Origin: a bacterium | Lineage (GTDB): Bacteria > Muiribacteriota > UBA6191 | Assembly (NCBI GenBank): GCA_036339875.1 | Contig: JAYZAC010000189.1 | Coordinates: forward strand, 1 to 24,371 | Length of the DNA: 24,371 nucleotides | Reading direction: 5' to 3' | Shown here: positions 1 to 6,931 of the stretch, piece after piece | Layout of the letters: each line of letters begins with the position of its first letter | Position numbering within the stretch: the stretch's first letter is position 1 | Notes under the pieces: generated by a model | Told to the model about the DNA's origin: nothing | Database searches by the model: none | What the model saw: only the letters and a program-made list of their open reading frames with translations | Translations under genes and position numbers: made by a program

Positions 1-407
1 GTATGGCCCATAGGTCCATGACCAACATCATGTAGAAGGCCAGCTAATCGACAAGTTTCAACAACATGATTTCTACTTGGGATAGAATCAATTCCATGAG
101 CTTCTACATACGAATTCCATAAGTGATTGGCAAATTTTCCAGCTAGATTCATTACACCCATTACATGTAAAAATCTGGAGTGCTTCGCACCAGGATATAC
201 CAACCAAGCGCATTGAAGTTGAAATATACGTCTTAACCGCTGAATCCAACGAGAACTTATTAATGTTTTCTCTGTGATTTCATGTTCATTTTCTGAAACC
301 GTGTATGCTAAGTAATTATGAATAGGGTCTCGATAATAGTCTACTTGGCGATTAGATGCGTAGAGCTTGTCGTCATCGATAAGAGTATTGTTAAATTTAC
401 TTTCCAT
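1..407 (-). CDS. HD-domain phosphohydrolase (SAMHD1/dNTP triphosphohydrolase-like), 5' part; runs off the window edge
   Basis: Not in the ORF track. Manual translation from ATG at 407: MESKFNN...YRDPIHNYL...WIQRLRRIFQLQCAWLVYPGAKHSRFLHVMGVMNLAG...LAGLLHDVGHGPMGH. This matches the RDPxH / QRLRxIxQL / YPGAxHSRFxH / LLHDxGHGPxxH motifs of the family. AGGG lies 6 nt upstream. Confidence 0.9.
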   Translation of the reverse strand, partial: MESKFNNTLIDDDKLYASNRQVDYYRDPIHNYLAYTVSENEHEITEKTLISSRWIQRLRRIFQLQCAWLVYPGAKHSRFLHVMGVMNLAGKFANHLWNSYVEAHGIDSIPSRNHVVETCRLAGLLHDVGHGPMGH

Positions 408-584
408 GATTTGCCCTAATTCCATTCGATCTAATTATGTAACCTCAAATTATATTGATCTGAATAATCGACTGTCTAGTTAGATGGAGGTTTTGCCTTT
501 TTCTGAATCATGGAATTGGACAAGTTGTTCGATCAAACACAAAATATGTTTGATTCATGTTAAATAAATATTATGGATGAATAT

Positions 585-1217
585 TTATATTCTGCCAAAA
601 AGAAAAATTGGTAGCAGAATTAGAGTGCTAACCAACCCAATGGAGTTCTTTAACATCTTACGTCGTTTTAGGCTTTGCTTTAGTATGTCATCAATTTCTT
701 CAAACACCTGCTTGATCCTTAGTTCAGGATATGAGCTCAGCGGATTAGATTCTTTATTTTTTTGGTCTTCATTAAGATCGGATTGATTTGCGTATATTAA
801 ATTATAAAGCTCTCTATCGCTTAGCGCGTCATCTTTCTCTAGAAGCATTCCTAGTGTTGCACCATTCCAATAGGTTTTCATTAATTCATTTCGCCGTATT
901 GTATTTTTTAATTGATATATTTCGTGAGCGGTAAGTCTTTTTCCATGGTGACGACGGTGGAGTGAAAATTCAGCTAGATTTTCTAACATGCATTTCACCA
1001 CGATATAGCCATATTTTACATCAAATAATATGGCATTGTTTTCGAATCGTGCTTTTTCATATAATAGATGATCAACAGAGTCATTTATCCATTTTTCGAA
1101 CGTATGTAACTCAACACAACTTTCTCTTGTTCTAACAAGTCGTAACTTTGGAACAGGATTCTGCTGAAAATGTGCTTCTTCACTTTCAATAATTGTTTGA
1201 GTCAAAATTTCTCCCAT
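585..1217 (-). CDS. Hypothetical protein with a single C-terminal hydrophobic anchor
   Basis: 210-aa ORF with a strong AGGAGG SD 4 nt before the ATG. It ends in basic KRRK followed by IGLVSTLILLPIFLFGRI. No family recognised. Confidence 0.75.
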   Translation of the reverse strand: MGEILTQTIIESEEAHFQQNPVPKLRLVRTRESCVELHTFEKWINDSVDHLLYEKARFENNAILFDVKYGYIVVKCMLENLAEFSLHRRHHGKRLTAHEIYQLKNTIRRNELMKTYWNGATLGMLLEKDDALSDRELYNLIYANQSDLNEDQKNKESNPLSSYPELRIKQVFEEIDDILKQSLKRRKMLKNSIGLVSTLILLPIFLFGRI

Positions 1218-1349
1218 AAAGCCTCCTAATGTTTAATCGACTAATAATCAACTTTAATACACAAAATTAAGAAAATCGGTGGCTTTGGTAATTACTACTT
1301 ATTGTGCTAAATAAAACAAATATTTATACTTGCGGTGGAGGAAATTTTT

Positions 1350-1778
1350 ATGTCAGTTGATCGCATATTAATTGTGGAAGATGAAAAGTTATTTGCACAA
1401 CTACTCAGTGATGCTCTTTCAGATCAGGAAAATGTTGAAGTTAGTATTGCTTCCAACGGTAAAATTGCTCTAGAAATGATAGATGAGACAGAATTTAATT
1501 TAGTGCTCACAGACATTCATATGCCTGAAATGAATGGACGAGAATTCTTAAAACATTTACGTAGTATAAGTAATAATATAGGGATAGTAGTCTTAACAGC
1601 TTTCCCGCAGGCCGATTATATAAAAGAATTTAATGATTTGGACATCGTGGAGTTTCTAAGTAAAGATGAATGCGATTTGATAGCTCTGCAAACTTTGGTA
1701 AGTTCTTATCTGCATAGACAGAAAGTAGAATTTCTATCGCAGGATTTCGATGATTTGGAAATGGACGAGGATTTTTAA
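1350..1778 (+). CDS. Single-domain response regulator (CheY-like receiver) with an acidic C-terminal tail
   Basis: RILIVEDE, LVLTDIHMPEMNG (phospho-Asp), IVVLTA, FLSK. The ATG at 1350 follows GGAGG (1337-1341) and is preferred over the GTG at 1335. Confidence 0.9.
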   Translation: MSVDRILIVEDEKLFAQLLSDALSDQENVEVSIASNGKIALEMIDETEFNLVLTDIHMPEMNGREFLKHLRSISNNIGIVVLTAFPQADYIKEFNDLDIVEFLSKDECDLIALQTLVSSYLHRQKVEFLSQDFDDLEMDEDF

Positions 1779-2896
1779 CCTGTTTGTCCTACATTAGACC
1801 ATTTCAAGTATTCTAGAATGAATTCTTCGAGTTCTCCATCAAGAACTTTATCCGTTAGGGGAGACTCACAGTTATTTCTATGATCCTTTACCATTTGGTA
1901 GGGATGCAATACATAAGATCGAATTTGAGAGCCCCAACCAATTTCCATTTTTTCAGATTGATTTTTAAGTGCTTCTTCCTCACGCCTTTTAAGCTCTAGT
2001 TGGAGAAGTCTGCTTTTCAGAATTTTCATCGCTGTTTGTCTATTGTGCAGTTGAGAGCGTTCATTTTGGCAAGTAACCACAATATTTGAAGGAGTATGAG
2101 TAATTCTTACGGCTGAGTAAGTTGTATTAACTGATTGCCCTCCTGCGCCTGAGGAACAGTAGGTGTCAATTCTGAGATCTTTATCTTCAATTTCTATTTC
2201 AATCTCATCATCTATCTCAGGAGATACATCCACTGAAGCAAATGAGGTATGCCGTCGGTTTGAAGAGTCAAAAGGAGAAATGCGAACTAATCGATGAACA
2301 CCTGCCTCTGATCTTAAATATCCGTATGCATAATCACCCGTAATGCTCAGAGTTACAGATTTCAGACCAGCAACTTCACCTGGTTGGAAATCAAGCTCTT
2401 TTACCTTAAAATTCATATTCTCAGCCCATCGAAGATACATTCGGTGAAGCATTGCAGCCCAATCACAGCTTTCTGTGCCCCCAGCACCAGGATGAATGGT
2501 CAAAATGGCAGGTCTGATGTCGAACTCTCCGTTTAATAGAAACTTAAGATTTGCTTTTGCTATTTGAGCTTGAAATTCCAAAAAAGAAATTTTAATCTCG
2601 TCTATCAGACTTTCATCTGCTGCTTCCTTAAAGAGCTCTAATGAGAAAAGTAGCTCTTCTCGTTGGGCGTCTAGTTGCTCGAATTGCCTAAGATTTTGCT
2701 TTTTACGAGTCAACTCTTTATTCATTTCACCAGCTTTGGAGGGATCATTCCAAATATCCGGATTCTCGGATAATTCTTTTTCCACCTCTTTTATCTGACT
2801 ATTCAATGCATCCGGATTTACTATTTCCTGAATAGACATGAATCTTTCTAGGTATTCTTTCAGTTCGTACTCGATTTGTCCTACGACTTCACTCAT
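1775..2896 (-). CDS. prfB: Peptide chain release factor 2
   Basis: SPF anticodon-mimic motif (HRLVRISPFDS), GGQ motif, GAGGTESCDWA, WGSQIRSYVLHPYQMVKD. Located downstream of secA. Single uninterrupted ORF. Confidence 0.97.
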   Translation of the reverse strand: MSEVVGQIEYELKEYLERFMSIQEIVNPDALNSQIKEVEKELSENPDIWNDPSKAGEMNKELTRKKQNLRQFEQLDAQREELLFSLELFKEAADESLIDEIKISFLEFQAQIAKANLKFLLNGEFDIRPAILTIHPGAGGTESCDWAAMLHRMYLRWAENMNFKVKELDFQPGEVAGLKSVTLSITGDYAYGYLRSEAGVHRLVRISPFDSSNRRHTSFASVDVSPEIDDEIEIEIEDKDLRIDTYCSSGAGGQSVNTTYSAVRITHTPSNIVVTCQNERSQLHNRQTAMKILKSRLLQLELKRREEEALKNQSEKMEIGWGSQIRSYVLHPYQMVKDHRNNCESPLTDKVLDGELEEFILEYLKWSNVGQTG

Positions 2897-2912
2897 TTCT
2901 CAAGCCGATCTT

Positions 2913-5465
2913 CTAAGCTGCACCACAGCAACGTTTATATTTTTTCTTACTGCCACAGGGACATGGATCATTACGACCCACTTTTTCTTTACGTATTGGC
3001 ATTTGCTTAGGTTTCTGTGCTTCCTTAAGCTCTTCAGCCTCTTCAACAGTACTTGAATAGTGAAGTTCACTATTCCGTTCCATTTCTATTTCTTGCTCAG
3101 GATTAAACTCTAGTTTGAACATCAATGAAATAGTTTCCTCGCGTATTCTTCGTATCATATCATTGAATAAGTCAGTCGCTTCCAATTTGTATTCCACTAG
3201 AGGGTCTCTTTGTCCGTAGCCGCGTAAACCTATACCTTCCTTTAAGTGGTCCATGATAGTCAGATGCTCTTTCCAAGTTGCATCCACCGTTTGTAATAAA
3301 ATAGCTTTTTCAACATGACGCATAAAGAGTGGTGAGAATTTTGTTTCCTTCTGAGAATATATATCCCTAAGTTCTTCTAAAATATTAGATCTCAATATGG
3401 AAGGTTCTAATTTGAAGAATGTTTCTGGCATTCGATAATGAAATATCTCTCGTAACTGAAGTGCTACTTCGTCATAATCCCAATTTTCGCGTTCGACTTC
3501 TTCATGCACTGAAGAGTTGACAAGTGTGTCGGTAACTTGCTGTAACATGTACTGAACGTCTTCCTTAAGGTCATCTTCGCGAAGAGCTTTTGTTCGTTGT
3601 TCATAGATAATTTTTCGGTGCTCGTTAAGTACGTTATCGTATTTGAGAATATGTTTACGAGCTTCAAAGTGCATTGTTTCGACTTTTTTCTGAGCTCCTT
3701 CGAGTGCGTTTGTGACCATTTTTGAATCAATTACTTCGCCATATTCCCAGCTTAGGAAGTTCATCATTTTAGTCATTCGATCGCCGCCAAATATACGCAT
3801 AAGATCATCTTCAAGACTAAGGTAAAATTGGGATGTACCAGGGTCTCCCTGTCTGCCTGAGCGTCCACGTAATTGGTTATCGATACGTCTTGATTCATGG
3901 CGTTCGGACCCAATGATATAAAGTCCGCCAATATCAGCGACTCCATCAGCAAGTTTAATATCAGTTCCGCGTCCAGCCATGTTGGTGGCTATCGTTACCA
4001 TACCCATCTTACCAGCTTGCGATACAATGTCAGCTTCTTGTTCGTGGAATTTGGCATTAAGTACATTACATGGAATGCCTTCTTTTTTGAGAGTTTCTGC
4101 TAACTCTTCAGAGTTTTCAATAGAAACTGTACCCACAAGGACAGGTTGTTTTTTCTCGAATAATTCCTGTACTTTTGTTGCAATAGCTTCATACTTTTCT
4201 TGTTTAGTTTTATAGATAAGGTCTGGTAAATCTTGGCGTGCTATCGTTCGATTTGTAGGCATAGCAATACAATCAAGATCGTAGATTTCGCCGAATTCTT
4301 TTACCTCTGTCATTGCTGTTCCGGTCATACCTGATAATGTGTCATATAGACGAAAAAAGTTTTGAAAGGTAATGCTTGCCAAGGTTAGACTTTCGGTTGC
4401 TACAGGTACATTCTCTTTAGCTTCGATAGCGCCATGAAGACCATCTGAATAACGTCGTCCCTTCATCAGGCGACCAGTAAATTCATCAATAATAATTACT
4501 TCTCTGTCTTGTACCACATATTGTACATCTCGCTTGAAAAGCTCTTTAGCTTTTAGTGCTGCTTCTAGATGATGAAGGTGTTTGAGATTTTCTGGCGCAT
4601 ACAAATTATCAATTTTCATAATTTGTTCGGCACTGGCGATTCCATCATCTGTCATGTAGACACTGTGGGCTTTTTCATCAACAGTATAATCTTTTTCTCT
4701 TTTAAGCATCGTTACCCAATTAGCAGCCTTCATGTACATTTCTGTTGCACGTTCCGCGGGCCCTGAAATAATGAGTGGTGTTCTCGCCTCATCGATTAGC
4801 ACAGAATCCACCTCGTCAATAATGCAGAAGTTGAGCCTCTGTACCATTTCCTCTGGGTGGGTGACCATATGATCTCTTAAGTAGTCAAAACCATATTCAT
4901 TATTTGTCCCATAGGTGATATCGCAATCATAGGCGGCTTTCTTTGCTACTAAATCTTGACCGTTATGTATTAAGCCTACCGTTAAACCAAGAAAACGGTG
5001 AACCTCTCCCATCCATTCACTATCTCTTTTTGCTAGATAATCGTTCACTGTGACTACGTGAACTCCTCGACCCATCAAGGCATGTAGATAGACAGGAAGG
5101 GTGCTTACCAATGTCTTTCCTTCACCTGTTTTCATTTCGACCACATTACCTCGGAACATGGCAATTCCACCTAGAAGTTGGCAATTATAGTGTCGTTCTC
5201 CCAGAATTCTGCGGGCGGTCTCCCTCACCGTAGCGAAAGCCTCGGGAAGAACTGCTTCTAGAGCATCTTTATATTTGAGACCATAATCCATATGTTCATT
5301 TACTTGATTTCTTAATCGATCAGTTTGTGCTTGAAGTTCATCATCACTTTTTGACTCCATCTCAGGTTCAAGGGCATCAATTTCATCTGCAATTAGTTGC
5401 AATTTACGAACTTGTCTATCGTTATATGTTTTGGGAAGAAATGATCTAATGGCTTCTATTATCAT
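2913..5465 (-). CDS. secA: Preprotein translocase ATPase SecA with a C-terminal SEC-C metal-binding motif
   Basis: EMKTGEGKTL, VTVNDYLAKRD, IIDEVDSVLIDEARTPLIISG, TNMAGRGTDI, ERHESRRIDNQLRGRSGRQGDPG, KVGRNDPCPCGS..KYKRCCG. Confidence 0.99.
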   Translation of the reverse strand: MIIEAIRSFLPKTYNDRQVRKLQLIADEIDALEPEMESKSDDELQAQTDRLRNQVNEHMDYGLKYKDALEAVLPEAFATVRETARRILGERHYNCQLLGGIAMFRGNVVEMKTGEGKTLVSTLPVYLHALMGRGVHVVTVNDYLAKRDSEWMGEVHRFLGLTVGLIHNGQDLVAKKAAYDCDITYGTNNEYGFDYLRDHMVTHPEEMVQRLNFCIIDEVDSVLIDEARTPLIISGPAERATEMYMKAANWVTMLKREKDYTVDEKAHSVYMTDDGIASAEQIMKIDNLYAPENLKHLHHLEAALKAKELFKRDVQYVVQDREVIIIDEFTGRLMKGRRYSDGLHGAIEAKENVPVATESLTLASITFQNFFRLYDTLSGMTGTAMTEVKEFGEIYDLDCIAMPTNRTIARQDLPDLIYKTKQEKYEAIATKVQELFEKKQPVLVGTVSIENSEELAETLKKEGIPCNVLNAKFHEQEADIVSQAGKMGMVTIATNMAGRGTDIKLADGVADIGGLYIIGSERHESRRIDNQLRGRSGRQGDPGTSQFYLSLEDDLMRIFGGDRMTKMMNFLSWEYGEVIDSKMVTNALEGAQKKVETMHFEARKHILKYDNVLNEHRKIIYEQRTKALREDDLKEDVQYMLQQVTDTLVNSSVHEEVERENWDYDEVALQLREIFHYRMPETFFKLEPSILRSNILEELRDIYSQKETKFSPLFMRHVEKAILLQTVDATWKEHLTIMDHLKEGIGLRGYGQRDPLVEYKLEATDLFNDMIRRIREETISLMFKLEFNPEQEIEMERNSELHYSSTVEEAEELKEAQKPKQMPIRKEKVGRNDPCPCGSKKKYKRCCGAA

Positions 5466-5496
5466 GTGTGTTCTCTTTCTACTAAATCATGCCTTA

Positions 5497-5523
5497 AAAA
5501 TACCAAAAGGGCCTTGTCTGCAA
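5497..5523 (-). promoter_or_regulatory. Possible sigma70-type promoter for secA (extended -10)
   Basis: Minus strand reads TTGCAG-15 nt-TATTTT, with TG.g immediately before the -10, about 30 nt upstream of the secA ATG. The spacer is shorter than canonical. Confidence 0.3.
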
Positions 5524-5615
5524 GTAAACGGCTAAAACCGTTTCCCGACACCAAGTCCCCTTGTCGTTTTTTTTGACTCCGAACGGTCGGAGTGGACTGA
5601 GAAGACACTCAGTCC
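5507..5615. other. Cluster of stem-loops in the hpf-secA spacer (structured RNA / terminator-like element)
   Basis: GGACTGAG/CTCAGTCC (5594-5615) directly abuts ACTCCGA/TCGGAGT (5576-5593). AAACGG/CCGTTT (5526-5543) is nested in AAGGG/CCCTT and CTTG/CAAG (5507-5562). CGACA/TGTCG (5546-5566) is followed by T8 (5567-5574) on the + strand. Confidence 0.65.
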
Positions 5616-5623
5616 TAATTACT

Positions 5624-6208
5624 TCAGCGAGCGTGTGGTTCTATCAATCCAACATGGCCGTCATTACGTCTATATACCACATTTACCTCTCCAGTTTGTG
5701 CATTACTGAAAACAATGAACTCTTGATGAAGATATTTTAGCTGTTCTGCCGCTTCCACAACATCCATTGGCTTAGAGTAAAAATTATTAGAACGTATAAC
5801 TTTCGGCTCTTCGGTTTCTGCCGGAGTTTCTTGTATGAATTGATCTTCATATTCTAAGATTTGATTCTTAAATTGAAATTCTGTTTTGCGATCTTTTCGC
5901 CTTGGTTTTTTATCTTTTATTTTCTCTTTATATTTCGTGATTTGCTTTTGAAGTTTGTCTAAAATCAGATCTATGGAAGCATACATGTCCGCATGAGATT
6001 GAGAGGCTCTGAAATTTATTCCTTTAGCCCAGACAGTCACTTCGGAGGTGTGCAAAACTCCAGAACTCTTAGTCTTATCTACTGATAAGATGACATCAAT
6101 TTCCTGAAGGTGATCTACGTAAGCTTTGATTGACTCCATTTTCTTTTCAACAAAATCTTTCAGGGAGGGGGTTAATTCAATATTTCGTCCAGTAAGTATG
6201 ATTTTAAT
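5624..6208 (-). CDS. hpf: Long-form ribosome hibernation promoting factor (HPF/YvyD/RaiA family with S30AE C-terminal domain), 194 aa, apparent ATT start
   Basis: The frame extends 23 codons upstream of the track's ATG (6139): IKIILTGRNIELTPSLKDFVEKKMESI, which is the HPF N-terminus. Internal DMYASIDLILDKLQKQITKYKEK; C-terminal KPMDVVEAAEQL...FIVFSN...VNVVYRRNDGHVGLIEP. AGGAGG at 6219-6214. Confidence 0.95.
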   Translation of the reverse strand: MKIILTGRNIELTPSLKDFVEKKMESIKAYVDHLQEIDVILSVDKTKSSGVLHTSEVTVWAKGINFRASQSHADMYASIDLILDKLQKQITKYKEKIKDKKPRRKDRKTEFQFKNQILEYEDQFIQETPAETEEPKVIRSNNFYSKPMDVVEAAEQLKYLHQEFIVFSNAQTGEVNVVYRRNDGHVGLIEPHAR

Positions 6209-6249
6209 AAGATCCTCCTAGTTAAGGTGTTTAGCTGGTGCAAACCAAC

Positions 6250-6275
6250 ATGTTACCACAGCAGGAGGTTGTCAA
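6250..6275 (-). promoter_or_regulatory. Possible sigma70/sigmaA promoter for hpf
   Basis: Perfect TTGACA (6275-6270) and TGTG-g-TAACAT extended -10 (TAACAT at 6255-6250). The spacer is only 14 nt, so the pairing of the two boxes is uncertain. Confidence 0.45.
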
Positions 6276-6353
6276 AAAGTTGTTACAAAAAGGTTTTTTG
6301 TATTTCTGGGTTAAGTTCTGGACGGTTATCTAATTACCACTTAAAATTGAAGT

Positions 6354-6911
6354 ATGTTTTTCGTAGAGGATGTCATGATCTCAGAGGAGTTGAGAGATGC
6401 TCGCTTTGGTTGCAAGCTTAATATTTGTAAGGGTGGCTGTTGCGTTGAAGGAGATGGGGGAGCTCCATTGGAGCCAGAGGAAGCTAAGTGGATAAAGGAT
6501 AATATTGAAATTCTACTGACACATTTATATGACGAAAAAAGCCTGACGAGAGTAGAAAATATAGGACCTACATATGTCGAAGACGGAGTCGAACATGTGA
6601 CTATCTTGCCCAAAAATGGAGCTTGTGTATTTCTGCTGGAGGAGTCTAAAGGATTTCGGCAATGTCTGTTTGAAAAATTGTATTTAGAAGGAAGGACAGA
6701 GTTTCAAAAGCCTATTTCATGTCACCTCTTTCCTCTGATATTCCGGCAAACTAAATATCATAAAATACTCTCATTTCAGCGTCGAAATATTTGTTTACCT
6801 TCTTGGAATCATGGAGAACATTTACTCAAGAATTTAGAACCTGCACTTAAGCGTAAATTCGGTAATAATTTTGTCAGTAAACTGTTTGAGAAGCTTCAGT
6901 TTGAAGAATAG
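6354..6911 (+). CDS. Cysteine-rich DUF3109-family protein (putative Zn/Fe-S cluster binding)
   Basis: CKLNICKGGCCVEGDGGAPLE, GACVFL, CLFEKLY, KPISCHLFPL and ICLP match the cysteine pattern I recall for DUF3109. Confidence 0.8.
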   Translation: MFFVEDVMISEELRDARFGCKLNICKGGCCVEGDGGAPLEPEEAKWIKDNIEILLTHLYDEKSLTRVENIGPTYVEDGVEHVTILPKNGACVFLLEESKGFRQCLFEKLYLEGRTEFQKPISCHLFPLIFRQTKYHKILSFQRRNICLPSWNHGEHLLKNLEPALKRKFGNNFVSKLFEKLQFEE

Positions 6912-6931
6912 TAGTATTATTGAGGGTTTAC

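Noticed and set aside
577..4766. Short alternative ORFs 577-786, 2838-3056, 3464-3730, 3897-4103, 3979-4215, 4569-4766
   Set aside because: Antisense or off-frame shadows of well-supported genes, with no recognisable motifs.
5466..5623. SRP RNA, 6S RNA, tRNA, T-box or c-di-GMP riboswitch in the spacer
   Set aside because: I found no SRP domain IV motif, no cloverleaf/T-loop, no T-box sequence and no GEMM consensus. Left as an unassigned structure.
5624..6139. Track's 171-aa start for hpf at ATG 6139
   Set aside because: It omits the conserved N-terminal TGRNIELT segment and has no properly spaced SD. The upstream ATT with AGGAGG fits better.
6230..6260. Sigma54 promoter for hpf
   Set aside because: The GG and GC dinucleotides are not separated by the required 10 nt.
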